Origin: Asterias rubens
Taxonomy: Eukaryota
Assembly (NCBI RefSeq): GCF_902459465.1
Contig: NC_047069.1
Coordinates: forward strand, 20,088,001 to 20,152,000
Direction of reading: 5' to 3'
Length of the DNA stretch: 64,000 bases
Numbering within the stretch: position 1 is the first letter of the stretch; each line of letters begins with the position of its first letter. The translations under genes and the position numbers were made by a program. This document shows positions 35,759 to 48,707 of the stretch, piece by piece. The notes beneath the pieces were generated by a model, which was given only the letters and a program-made list of their open reading frames with translations, ran no database searches and had not been told where the DNA came from.

Positions 35759-36264
35759 TTATAACACCCCTTGCAAGTATTTGCCTGCTCATTGGTTTAG
35801 AGCGCGTCACATGACATGTCTTAGTTTTGCTAGACGACGGCCGTGTGATAGTGCGTCGGTTTGCCATGCGCTAGTCCGAAGACTAGCACACGGCGTGCAG
35901 CACCCAGACGTCCGTTGCGTGTACCAGGATAATAAATTAATAGTCTGTAACCATTTCGGATTGCACGACACTACATGCAGCACAGTAAAAGTGTTTGCAA
36001 TCTGTATTCGCGTCGTCCGTGGATTGTAGCATTCAGGTCTGTAACTTAATAATAATAGTACAGTATTTACAAATGTTTGGGGTGTTATAAAACAAATATT
36101 GACTGCTTTTACTCGTACAATGGTTAAAAACTATTACTCCCTCGGTGATCCCCGTAGCGTTCTATTTTTCCTCGGCTTCGCCTCGGGAAAATAGAACGCT
36201 CCCGGGGATCACCTCGGGAGTCATAGTTTTAACCATAGCACTCGAAGCAGTCAATATTCGTATA
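35759..36264. mobile_element. Non-coding element with A..A'B..B' ends (Crypton-like, uncertain)
   Basis: ttataacacccc / ggggtgttataa-AACAAA-tattgactgct / agcagtcaata; palindrome centred on ctcggcttcgcctcg. Confidence 0.7.
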
Positions 36265-36576
36265 CTGTCACATCCATCATCACAGCTGCACTACCTTTCC
36301 TTTGACAATTTTAAACAATCCCCTTTTTTATGAGAAAGTGCAATTATATAGGGCTCTAAAGTATAGGGTAGGATTTCTTCAGGTTGCAATTCAGCGCGCC
36401 TTTTTGTCAATTGCCTGCATTTATTATTCACGCGTGATCTCCCGCATTAACAAAATCCAACAATCGATAGCCTACCTGTTAATGAACTGAGTGTCGACTG
36501 TCGAGTATAAGTTATAAGGAACATTACATAATTTACTGTTTTGCAAAATTATTGCTGGCGGTGAATATTTTTTTAA

Positions 36577-36994
36577 AGACACTGGACACCTTTGGAAATT
36601 TTCAAAGACCAGTCTTCTCACTTGGTGTATATCAACATATGCTATGCACAAAATAACAAACTTGTGAAATTTTGAATTCAATTGGTCGTCGAAGTTGCAA
36701 GATAATAATGGAAGAAAAAAAAACTTGTCACACAAAGTTGTGTGCTTTTAGATGCTTGATTTCGAGACCTTAAAATAAAGTTTGGGGGTCTCGAAATCAA
36801 ATTCTGAGGTCTCGCTCGAAATCAAATTCAAATATTTGGGTGGAAAATTATCTCGAAAATTACGTTACTTCAGAGGGAGCCGTTTTTCACAATGTGTTAT
36901 ACTATCACAGCTCTTCATTGTTTATTACCAAGAACGTTTTAATTCTAACAATTATTTTGTGAATTAAATTACCAATTTATAGTGTCCAGAGACT
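36577..36994 (+). mobile_element. Kolobok-type MITE family A
   Basis: TTAA+agacactggacacc; ends agtgtccagagact. Confidence 0.85.
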
Positions 36995-37019
36995 TAAACT
37001 ACGACTGTAAGTTTAATGA

Positions 37020-37370
37020 AAATTACGTATTTTGTGCGGGCAAAACAATTGCTGGCAGTGTAAGTACTTTATTCAATTCACCATATTATTAAATACTGGC
37101 AAACCTAATGTAAGTTTGAGATCGATCGGCCATCTTGGTCACGAGAAAGTAGTAAAAAAAAACTGATTACACATTTCGTGACATAAAACGCTCACTGAGC
37201 GATAAACTCCACACGGGCAATTAGTTTTATTTATATCTCATTAAATATGAAATTTCAGACAGAAATATTTCAAGGAATGTTTTCTATTATCGTCATCGTT
37301 AAACCGTGTCCGTCTTATGTAACTCTGTGATCTTAAACGAGTTATTTTCTTACAATTATATAACGTTCCT
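37020..37370 (+). mobile_element. Kolobok-type MITE family G
   Basis: Ends taacgttcct|TTAA; an aggaacattac start fragment lies at about 36512-36570. Confidence 0.6.
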
Positions 37371-37387
37371 TTAAAGAAACATTATGC

Positions 37388-38010
37388 CTACAACCCTGTA
37401 AACATTTCTATGATTTATCATGAAACCGAAAACTACGAATCTAAACATCAAGATACCAAAACCATGTGTCTCTAATCTTTTTGAAATAGGTTTAGTGCTT
37501 TTGAACCCAATAAGTATCGAGTGTCGGTCGAGTGTAATTTAAAGAAATTACATTACATCCCTGTAAAGCATAAACACTCATGACTTATCATGAAACTGAA
37601 AACTACGTATCTAAACATTCAGAGACAAATACTTTAAAATCGTATACTGTCTTTAAGCTTTTTGTATATAGGTTTTGTGCCTTTGAACCCAATAAGTGTC
37701 GAGTGTCGAGCAAAAGTAAAGACACATTACATCCCTGTAAATATTATTCATGATTTATCAGGAAACCGAAAACTAAAATCTAAACATCCAGAGACCAAAA
37801 CTTTAAAACCATAGGCCTATGGTTTTTAACCTTTTTTTTCCAAATAATGTTCGTGCTTTGAGCACATGAGTGTTGTATTAGTTCAAGGAACATTACATCC
37901 CAGTAAAATTACTCTGATTTGTGATGAAACCGAAAACTATCTATCTAAACATCTATAGAGACCAACATTTGAAACCATCTTTTAAAAAAATAGGGTTCGT
38001 GCTTTGAATC
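37388..38010. repeat. About 165-174-bp satellite, about 3.7 units
   Basis: tacatccctgtaaa...gaaaccgaaaacta..tctaaacat unit at 37388, 37553, 37727 and 37893. Confidence 0.9.
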
Positions 38011-38956
38011 TTGTAATGCTATCAAGGACGTGACAACTGTTGGAAACTCATGGCAATGGTTAGACACGTGCAAGACAAGAGTCCTCGAAGATTAGTTAGC
38101 TTTATACCCTCTATTCACTCCTCATGAAATAGAAATATATACATTCGGCTTAAATTACCCGCTGCCGAGATTGGACGCTTAATGCCCGGCAGTCTCTTCC
38201 TTTTCCTTAATGCCGTCCGGATATCCCGAACAATTCGTGGCAAGACCGAGAAGGCGGTCCTCGTCCGAGAGACAAGAGGGGTCCATGGTGTCAATACGAT
38301 CGGGCAGACCTCATCATCTTCCCCCTCTCATCATTCTGCAAATTACTTTGTTTCAGAGCTCTCGTAAACACCCTCGTCCCAACACTCCAAACTCATCTTC
38401 AGTTTCTACGCCGTGATTAAGTTACCCTTGCTAAAATCCGTAAGAGTATCTCTTACATGTTTGAGGGGGTGTTTTCTGCTTAACCTTAGAACATTTGGCT
38501 CTCTAACATTACGAAAATTTTCCCCCTTTTTACTTTATGTCAATGACCGAGGGTGCATTTCTGGATGACGAGCTCTCCCTCTCTCTCTATGTCGGTGAAT
38601 CATCGTATAAATTTGTCGGCATCCATTAATTTTTTAAAGCAGTTGAAGAGGACAAACTCAGTCTTCTGGTTGAATGAAATTGAAGAGGGAACGTGGTAGA
38701 TGACAGTGGGACTAAAGCAGAGAGAGTAATTTAGTCTTCACGCTGAAGGAAATCAAACTTTAAAGACCACACGGCGGGTTCAATAGTTGACTGGAGAGCA
38801 ACCCCGAAACTTGAGGTGAAATTTGAACTTTTAAAATGGAAAAAAAATCATCATCAAAATTGCTTTCAACATTTTAAGTACAACAGATTTATTTAAATTT
38901 GCCTTTAATACCTCTTTTTTTCATTGAAAATAAATGGTTCTTTTTTCATGATTTTG

Positions 38957-39228
38957 GTGGTGTGTGTGCGTCTGTGTATTTGTCCGTTTGTTTGTTTGTT
39001 TGTTTGTGTTTGTTGTTTGTTTGTTGCTTGTCGGGATGTTGCTGCTGCTGCTGCTATTGTTGCTGCGGCTGCTGCTGCTGTTGCTATCGTTGCTAATGCC
39101 GATGCCGTTGCTGCTGTTGCAGTTGTTGTTAATGCTGTTGCTGTTGTTTTTCGTAGCTGATGCTGTTGTGGTGTTGATGTTGTTGTTTTTGTTCATGCTG
39201 CTGCTGTTGTTGTTGCTGCCGTTGCTGC

Positions 39229-39262
<34 letters not shown>
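38957..39262. repeat. Compound GT/GTTT then (GTT/GCT)n microsatellite
   Basis: Degenerate trinucleotide run; the poly-Q frame on the minus strand contains stops. Confidence 0.9.
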
Positions 39263-40567
39263 TTATCATTCATCAACTCGATATAAAATCTGAAGAATTT
39301 GAAAACAATTTGGTATTTGATCATGATTAGCTAACCGTCGTCTCTTAACATTAACATCCTCAAATTGATTCATGAATACCAACCTACTTTGGAATGCAGC
39401 TTCTCGCTTCTTATTATTTTAGAGTCCCCTTATGATCTTGAATATTACGGGGCTTTGTGGCGAGAAAGCCGCCTCGGACAGCAGCGTTAGCCTTGGCTGA
39501 AGCTTACACTAAAAGACTGTCAAAATCCAATTTATACGCTCAGCAGTTCTTAGCCATGGGCTGTATCATTCAAACTGAGTGATTCCTCTGGCTGCGATCC
39601 GGGGAATGAGTTCCACGCTATTTTATGTAACCTCCAGGGGAAAGTTTAACTTTGAACTGTCTTGGAATGTTTATATGAATCTAGAAATTATTCGGGGTTG
39701 GATGGATATCTTGAAATATTACAGAGAGCATATTAAAATATTAAAGCCAGAACCACTGGGAATTTGTTCCTTATTAATGGTTTTATAGGTTTCCGGGTCA
39801 ATTTCAGCAAAGCTTCATTCGGTTTCATTTTCTGGTATTCGAGTTCACGCATGTTTACCTGATTTATCCAATCTGTTTGGTTTGTTTTCAACTAGCGTTG
39901 CATTTAATTTTGTTTTCGTAGAATGAATTTCGCTCCTTTCCGCGGCTCGTTTTGGTCATCCTATTTTATGGACGGGCATTCAAGACTATATTTTCACCAT
40001 GCCTCGTTTGATTTTGTATGACCTATTTCCAATTAATAAAAATGAATGATTGACCAACCGTCTATTGTTGTTTTTCCGAAATTGACCGGTGAATGCTTAA
40101 CTGATGACATTTACTCATTCATTTGATTAATTTGAATTGCTGAAAGCATAAGCAAGAAATCATTGTGTTAACAAATTGGACGGGAGAAACTATTAATAAT
40201 ATATGTTTTTAAGCTGAGTATTTCCAACCTAGTTTCAAGTGAGCATTGCTCTTGCACAGCTTCCCATAACTTGACTATCTCGGCGATATGAGCCACGAAG
40301 CCTTACTCGGGCTTATGAAAGGTTAGCACAGCATTGTGGAACAAGGGTGTCTCTTCTTTTAATTCTTTTCTTGCAACTTCGATGACCAATTCTGCACCGA
40401 GTGGGTAAACTTGGTCTTTGAAAATTACCTGTCAATGATTTAACCTGTCTTTAATGTCCGGAGTGTCCAGCCATAAATTCGTTAATATTTGTCTATCCAG
40501 AAAGGTTAATCCCTATCGTTTCTCGGATTCAAATATGGAGCATACAAAGTAACTGATATTTGTTTAA

Positions 40568-40945
40568 AGGCGGTGGACACTATTGGTAATTGTCAAAGAC
40601 TAGCCCTCACAGTTGGTGTATCTTAACATATGCATAAAATAACAAACCTGTGCAAATTTGAGCTTAATCGGTCATCGAACATGCGAGATAATAATAAAAG
40701 AAAATACACCCTAGTCACACGAAGTTGTGTGCGTTTAGATGGTTGATTTCGGGACCTCAAGTTCTAAATCTGAGGTCTCGAAATCAAATTCGTGGAAAAT
40801 TACTTCTTTCTCGAAAACTATGGCACTTCAGAGGGAGTCGTTTCTCACAATATTTTATACCATCAACCTCTCCCCATTACTCGTCACTAAGAAAGGTTTT
40901 ATAGTAATAATTATTTTGAGTAATTACCAATAGTGTCCACTGCCT
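40568..40945 (+). mobile_element. Kolobok-type MITE family A, full length
   Basis: TTAA on both sides; about 24-bp TIR. Confidence 0.9.
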
Positions 40946-42684
40946 TTAAAAAACCGCATTACGAAGTGAAATAGTAAAAACAATTGTCCTTAAAATGAAT
41001 ACCTAACGTACACCATCCCTTTCAAGAAAGACACCATCAGATTGTCAAGTGAGTTCTTACCAATAAATAAAAAATAAATTAAAGTTAAACAAAAAAATCA
41101 ATGCAATAAAAAACAATAAACAAGAGTTAACCCGGATCAAAAATCATTTCCATTTAACACCGGTCTCATTTTGAATGCTCCGTTTCATCAGCATCCAACA
41201 GTCAACAGCTTTAGCACTCATTGAACTTCATCGAGTTGCAAAGAACATCTAATTTCATTTATTCAAGACTACACTTTGATAATTCTTAGGTTGAATTTCT
41301 GCTACCTTTTTACTCTGGATAAAAATGGCTATAGCTCTTGGTGGAGACTCTGAAATTGAACGAGTCGTGCAGCCTAATAATTGAATGATCTTATTTGACC
41401 AGTGAAAGCTTAACTGGTGGAATTGAATTACTCCGTTTTGACTGTTGAATGCTGATTCAACAGAGCTTGCTTTTCCAAATGACATTGAGCCGTGTGTTAA
41501 AATGAATAAATTATTGTTGAAGAATGGAAAACCTAATATTGGTTAAATGTCTCCAGCAAAAGTGAGCAGCGAACCATTTATAAATAGGGTATTTTTAGAA
41601 TTTATAAATATGTAAAATGCCTTTTGTCTTTTTTATGTATTTTTTTTTATCATAGGTTTCTAACCCATCTTAGGGACTCCATGACTTTTGTGTTTTTGTA
41701 GGTATTTTTAGCTGCTTTTGTAATTGTTGTGTATTTTATTGCATGTATCCAGGGCCCCCATTGAGATTAGTTCATTGACAACTGATGTGGCTGCCCTGGT
41801 GAAATAAACAAATAAAAAGACATGACAAGACTCAATTACAAGATTTTCCCCTTGTTTCTTAATGTGGGTTCTAGCCGTACTATAAACCATGCGAACTGTA
41901 TTCAAAACAAGTGTTACCTTGTAAATTATGTAGCTAGCCTGGCAGGCAAGATACTGCACTGGCCATAATTATGAGAAAGTTGGCAATTTGTGTCATAGTT
42001 TCCACATAAATCCAACAGTTATGAAAGTAAAAGGTACACTAGTTTTGAGACATGCCCCCTTTCAACATGTCAATAGTTGATAAAAATTGGATAGTGCAAT
42101 CTCCACAAAATATAAAATGTTATGTTTTCTTCCATAAGGCTGTGTACCAATCGTGCCTGTGGGAAGTCCAGGCTTGGTGGCTCCTTTGTTAACAGGACAC
42201 ATCGTCTATATGCAAGCACGGCACTCAAGGCAACATTTACCCACAGAACGAGTACAAAACAACCCGTTCACTTTTGTCCTGTAAAAAAGTACACAATTCA
42301 AAGGGATGTGTTGTTCCTCTCAAATAGTTTTAATATTATGATATCTTTTAATTCTTTAACAGAGGATGAATTTACCAAATATTGTTAAACCACGGGGTGA
42401 ATACGCCTCAACTCCACTCCCTCGGGAAGCGAAACACGAGGCGAGGATCTTCACGGATGTGCCGTAGGATAAAGGCGAATATTGGGTCTGCAATATCGCA
42501 TATCAATTATCTAGTCACAAAGGAGTTCGTTGTCAAAAGCATAGACTCCCTATGAACAATCAACTGGTCTATAAAATATTAAACAAATGGTGGATAGAGG
42601 AATCTTTCAAAACTGCAGATTTTCAATAACAAAAGGAAAGTACAGCACGTCTAGGCAGGCAATTACCAAAGGACCCATGCAGGG

Positions 42685-42945
42685 ATCCTTTGGTAATTGT
42701 CAAAGACCAGTATTCTCACTTGGTGTATCCCAACATAATGGATATAATAAACAAACTGTGGAAACTTGGGCTCAATTGGTCATCGAAGTGGCAAGAAAAT
42801 AATGAAGGAAAAAACACTCATTTAGCATATCATATAGAATTGTGTACCAACATTATGCATGAAATATATGTTGCATAGAATGGTGTGTTTTTCTGATGCC
42901 TGAGAAAGAAGTCACGCCTGAAGTCTTTCCCAGATTTAGATATGA
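42685..42945 (+). mobile_element. Kolobok-type MITE family A fragment
   Basis: cctttggtaattgtcaaagaccag body; left end replaced by a hairpin. Confidence 0.7.
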
Positions 42946-43094
42946 GTGAAACAAAATGGTTTAACTAAATTTGACAATGCTACAAACTTTCAACAAAACA
43001 CCTGTCAATATGGGTTGCATTGGTCCAAACAAATTCAATACTTTTATTGACTAGTTTGCGTTACATACAAACTGTGGCTTTCTGTTTCTATTTT

Positions 43095-43430
43095 GCATTC
43101 ATAAATACCTCAAACAGTTTCGCTATTCCTGTTGGTGGAGAGCGCGTCACGTGGGTGTGTATAAACCTTTATTTATGACCGGTAAAAAGTGTTAATTCAT
43201 GGGCGTGACACGCGACCTTGCACCTGTTCTTACAAGACAGTTTCTTCATTCCTATTGGTCGAGAGCAACGGCTGAAACAGTGATACGCACGACGTGATAC
43301 GCGCGACGCGCACAGCATTCCCTTATAAGGAGTTGTTTACCCGAGGGTGGCGGAGGGCTTTACCATTTCATAGCTGGAGGGGTGTTGTGTTGAAAGAAAT
43401 CATTTAACAATTAAAATTGTTGCATTTATT
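43095..43430 (+). mobile_element. Left part of a third Crypton-like element (tentative)
   Basis: gttggtggagagcgcgtcacgtg resembles the left-end cassette at 35790-35812; followed by the RTE insertion. Confidence 0.4.
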
Positions 43431-43449
43431 TTACTTTTTGACCAAAAAG

Positions 43450-44480
43450 TGATGATGTTTTGTGACCCTGGTTACGATGGAGTTCCACTTCTGCCCAACC
43501 AGTGCAGATCGATATGCATCGATTATTGATAAGCCTGTGAGTTCTTTGATTCCGTCTGTCCAATGAAGTTTTTGACGGCCACGTCGGCGACTACCTGCAA
43601 CACATCCTTGCATAAAAATTTTCTCAAGGTTGTCCCCCCTCTCTTCTGGATATGTGACCAAAGTATTGAAGCTTGTTTTTGTTAATTTTTGAGGACAAGA
43701 TTGGTCTATCTTCTCCTATCAGGTTTCTAACAAAAACATTGGTTTTGTGTTCTTTCCATGATATTCTAAGCATCCCCTCCAGCACCACATCTCGAAAGCG
43801 TTGATCCAGTTCCTGTCTGCTTTTCCCACAGCCCATGTTTCAGACCCATAGGTGGCTATTGGAAAGACGAGAGCGTTCATGAGTCGAATTTTGGTAATTC
43901 TGGAGATCCCTCTGTCCTTCCAGATGTCAGTCAAGGAGATAGCTGATGTTCTGGCCATAGCAAGGCGCCTTCTGATGTCCTTAGAACTCCCACCTTCGTT
44001 GACAATCAAAGAGCCCAGAAAATTGAAGTTATTAACTACTTCAATATCCTCATCATCAGCGTGCAGTGCCTGGTGTTGATCAAGAGTTCCTCCGTAAATC
44101 ATCACTTTCGTCTTCTTTACATTGAGAAACAACCCATAATCTTCGCTGGTGTACTTGACTTTATCAATCAGGTGTTGAAGTTCTGCTGCTGTTCTTGCTA
44201 TCAAGGTGGTGTCATCTGCATATCTTAGATTGGTGAGTTGTCGACCTCCAATTGAGACCCCTCCTGCAAAGCCATGCATCCAAGGCTTTCCGCATAATGT
44301 ATTCAGCGTAAATGTTGAACAAAAAGGGTGAAAGTATGCATCCTTGACGGACTCTTTGACCGATTGAGAACCAACCACTGTCTCCACACTCTGTTCTCAC
44401 TGTGGCTTCCTGTCCTTGGTACAGTGCTCTGATAAGTGCAGTCAGATGTGTAGAGAATCCCTTCTGCTTGAAACGTTCCT
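43450..44480 (-). mobile_element. RTE-clade LINE fragment, frameshifted
   Basis: VRQGCILSPFLFNIYAEYIMR, NLRYADDTTL, FNFLGSLI, TYGSETW..INAFEMWCWR, GSRRRGRQK spread over different frames. Confidence 0.9.
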
Positions 44481-44682
44481 AAGATTGTGTATTCCAACTT
44501 AGGATTTATCTTCCCTGCATGGATATTATATAACCGCTCCAGATTCTCGGCGATATTTCAAAAAAGGTACCACTCGTTGTAGCGAAACTTGCACAGATCA
44601 GTTTTATTGTGTGTGTGTCGTTTTTAACTGATTAAAACAATCGAACGATCCAAAAACATAAAGGTATATACTTTACCTTTAA

Positions 44683-45063
44683 AGGCAGTGGACACTATTG
44701 GTAATTACTAAAAATAATTATTAGCATAAAACCTTTCTTGGTGACGAGTAATGGGGAGAGGTTGATGGAGCTAAAACATCTTGAGAAACGGCTCCCTCTG
44801 AAGTGCCATAGTTTTCGAGAAAGAAGTAATTTTCCACGAATTTGATTTCAAGACATCAAGTTTGGAACTTGAGGTCTCGAAATCAACCATCTAAACGCAC
44901 AGAACTTTGTGTGACAAGGGTGTTTTTCTTGCATTATTATCTCGCAAGTTCGATGACCAATTGAGCTCAAATTTTCACAGGTTTGTTATTTTATGCATAT
45001 GTTGAGATACACCAAGTGAGAAGACTGGTCTTTGACAATTACCATTAATAGTGTCCACTGGCT
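44683..45063 (-). mobile_element. Kolobok-type MITE family A, full length
   Basis: TTAA on both sides. Confidence 0.9.
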
Positions 45064-45496
45064 TTAAAGGAAAAGTCAATTAAGGTAATCGTCAGATTTT
45101 AAATAAACACACTCCCAAGATAACTCTCTACCTTATTAAACAAAAATGAAATTTCGGCGCTCTTGCTTGAGGGGAGAAAAAAACACGAAAATGGTTTATG
45201 TTTTATTTGAATAATCGTGTGCGCCTATTTGGGGCTTAATTTTATTGCAGGCAAATACAATAAGCTTGGATGATTTATGGGATCTTTGACTAGGTTTTTT
45301 TCTCCTAAAGATGTTAATTGACGGGAGGTTTTGCTAACGAAACGTTTGTATGAAGTAATGGTTATGAACTGTTAAATCAGCGAGTTTCCAGAATGAAACG
45401 GAACAACTTTGTTTTGATTATCCCAAAAATAGTTGCCAATATACTAGGAATAATTGTCTTTCAAAACGATTTTCTTTGTGTTGGAGGTGCACTTAA

Positions 45497-45846
45497 AGAC
45501 AGTGAACACTAATGGTAATTGTCAAAGACCAGTCTTCTCACTTGGTGTATCTCAACATATACAAAATAACAAACCTGTGAAAATTTGAGAAAATAATGAA
45601 GAAAAAACACCCTTCTCACACGAAAGTGGGTTCTTTCAATTGCTTGATTACGAGACCTCATATTCTAAATCTGAGGTCTCGAAATCAAATTCGTGGAAAA
45701 TTACTTCTTTCTCAAAAACTACGTTACTTCAGAGGGAGCCATTTCTCACAGTGTTTTATACTGTCAACAGCTCCTCATTACTCATTACCAAATAAAGTTT
45801 TATGCAAATAATTATTTTGAGTAATTACCAATAGTGTCCACTGCCT
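45497..45846 (+). mobile_element. Kolobok-type MITE family A, internal deletion
   Basis: TTAA+agacagtgaacact...gtgtccactgcct. Confidence 0.85.
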
Positions 45847-46448
45847 TAAATTTACAATCAGGGACATTTTGGTACATTATTTGAACTTATCAACGAGCTT
45901 TTGTCGGCCATCTTGCTTCTTATTTTTCTAACTCAATTATTTCTCTAACTTAATTGAATGTAACCGGTCCTAGACTGAAAGTCTGGCGCCTATTTGATAT
46001 TCTGAGAATCAGGGTCTGTTTATTGGTAATGAAGCCTGGGAACATGATGAAGACTTACACAGCCTTGATGAAGTTCTGTACACGGAGTGTGATGATAAGA
46101 GAAGACCAGAAGTCAAAGTGAATCAAAGTAACTCTCAACGAGTCACGAACAATACTGTCCAGTGTTACTTGCAAAATTGCCCTTGGGCTTCTCGTAGACT
46201 GAATCGATTAAATTTATCATAAGAAAAAAAGGATGTTTTAAATGTCTCAATAGTAGTGCGGGGAGCTTGGATTTTAGTGCATTTTGCGTGATGAGGTAAG
46301 CGTGCGTCAAATTATTCTTGCTAGCTGAAGTTTATTCAACTTGACGATATTTTAACCAAAACTGAAAGTTGCTCAAATGGGCACGGATTCGGCAGTTACT
46401 CAATTTTTTAAAACTTAGTCAAGTTGTCGAAATGTAAAGAGCTGTTAA

Positions 46449-46992
46449 AGTCACCAGGAAATAGAATTGTTTTTCTTTCAAACATAAGAGTATATGCTTA
46501 CGAACAATAAAACAATTTTTTTAGTATTTGTTTGTCACGATTTATATGTTAAAAAAATATATAAAGTTGTTTGGGGGGCTGACTCCGCCTACCCCTTTTG
46601 TGACGTCAATCGAGGCAGACTTTGCCTGCAACGCGTATAGTAAACACACGTGCAAAGTACATGTACGTCCAAGTAGTGAGTTGGTACATTTCAACAAGTG
46701 TTTTTCTGCATTCAGCAGCAATACACCTGGTCGGCATTGCCGGGGGACAAAAAATAAAAAAATTGAAACGTACAAACTCACGACTTGGTCCGTACATTGC
46801 AATTGTGTTTACTCTACGCATTACAGGCAAAGTCTGCCTCGATTGACGTCACGAACAGCGCCCTCTCGGGTCGGGGTCTACTCTTAAATTTGTGAATAAC
46901 CTTAGTTAACTGTTAATTCACATTCCACTCATCAAAACACATATATTAGTGACAAAAGCTTTATTTTGAAAAAATACCACTTCCAGGTGACT
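46449..46992 (-). mobile_element. Kolobok-type non-autonomous element family H with THAP relic
   Basis: TTAA on both sides; TIR agtcacc(a/t)ggaa; perfect internal 29-bp IR; MPTRCIAAECRKT on the minus strand from 46737. Confidence 0.75.
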
Positions 46993-47153
46993 TTAAATTT
47001 ACTCATTCAAGAAGCTAAAAGAGTTATTTTAATCGAATGGATATATGGCTATTCAAATTAGAACAAATTTGACAGTTACTTAAATTGGAACAGTTACACA
47101 ATGAGACGTTATGCTGTCCAAAAAGACATTCTTTACCTGCAAGTTTGCTTTAA

Positions 47154-47519
47154 AGCCATTGGACCCTTTCGGTAAACAGTATTGTCCAAGTCCCACACTT
47201 CGTGTATCACAACTTATATATAAAATAACAATCCTGTGGAAATTTAGGCTCAATCGGACATCGGAGTCGGGAGAAAATAACGGGAAAACCAACTCCTGTT
47301 TTCGCGCGTTTCGCCGTGTCATGACATGTGTTTATAACAAATCCGTAATTCTCGTTAACGAGAATTTATATTGTTTTACCGTTTTCTCAAAAAGTAAAGC
47401 ATTTCATGGACTAATATTTCAAGAGAAGTCTTTCACCATTACCTTCTGTAAACCCTGTAAATTATTTGTAAATCTGTGAACTTTTTTTTTTTTTTCTGTA
47501 CCGAAAGGGTCCAATGGCT
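47154..47519 (+). mobile_element. Kolobok-type MITE family F, full length
   Basis: Perfect 21-bp TIR agccattggaccctttcggta; TTAA on both sides. Confidence 0.9.
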
Positions 47520-47758
47520 TTAAGGAAATATCGAGGTATTCGTAGGTCGTGTTACAATGAGTGGACTAACCGGCTGGTTTGAAATTGTTTTTTATAGTTC
47601 GCACGCAGGAGTAGAGAATGATCTCTGGTCGTGGAATGATTGCATCTGATGTTCAGAGAGAGACAATCAAATCATGCAATCTCTAATAGAAATAACAGAC
47701 CAGTGGAATCAGTGGTACCCTGATCCAGCCACTCCAAATACTACAGTATGAATATTAA

Positions 47759-48132
47759 AGGCACTGGACACTATTGGTAATTGTCAAAGATCAGTCTTCT
47801 CACTTGCTGTATCTCAACATATGCATAACAAAATCAAACATGTGCAAATTTGAGCTCGATTGATCGTCAGAGTTGCGAGTTAACTATAAAAGAAAAAACA
47901 CCCTTGTCACACGAAGTTGTGTGCTTTCAGTTGCTTGATTTCGAGACCTCAAGTTCTAAACTTGACGTCTCGAAATCAAAATTCGTGGAAAATTACTTCT
48001 TTCTCGACAACTACGTCACTTCAGAGGGAGCTGTTTCTCACAATGTTTTATGATGTCAACCTCTCCCCGTTACTAATCACCAAGTAATGTTAAATAATTG
48101 TTTTGAGTCGTTACCAATAGTGTCCACTGCCT
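47759..48132 (+). mobile_element. Kolobok-type MITE family A
   Basis: TTAA+aggcactggacactattgg...ccaatagtgtccactgcct. Confidence 0.9.
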
Positions 48133-48707
48133 TTTAATCAAACCAATTTATCCCTAAAACAAAAATTAGTGTGCTGAGCATCAAGTAGTGGGCAGGTAAA
48201 ATAACCGCATGCAAGTCTCACGCGAATTTCAACATTTTGTGGAATCGTCCAAATAGTACAGTCTGAACTATCAAATCAAACCCATTTATCCCTAAAGCAA
48301 ATGTGATCAGCCTTCCTTGGATGGCATCTAAAATAACCACAGCGAGGTCCCGTGCGGATTGACTGGGAAGTCCCGTGCGGATCCCCAGCAGTTTGCTTTA
48401 TTGATGAATGGTGAAATATCGCGCTTGAAAGGATTGAATTATCGCGAGACTTGTACCATAGATCAAGCCATGTGTTATCTAAATGGGCACACAAATTGCT
48501 TAAATCCACCCATCCATTTAAAGCCAGCAAATCATACTATCGTTCATGCCTACACACAATCTTCCTTCATACATTTTTACATCAGCGAGGAATTATAATT
48601 TTAGATTAAGTAACTGTCAAGCAAATAATATATAACCTACTTGAGCAGTGCTTATAGCTTGAATATGAACACACTCATGCATTAGCCAACATGTACTGCT
48701 CCATTAA

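Noticed and set aside
38899-39293. Poly-Leu/Ala/Cys/Asn ORFs or a poly-Q exon
   Set aside because: These are microsatellite translations, and the poly-Q frame has several stops.
40739-40933. Recurrent short ORFs MVDF..SNSWKITSFSKT (also 32419, 47850, 50642, 62268)
   Set aside because: They are chance frames within MITE family A copies.
45998-46222. About 74-codon acidic open frame (+), GNEAWEHDEDLHSLDEVLY...
   Set aside because: It has protein-like composition but no recognised family, a weak acceptor and no donor.
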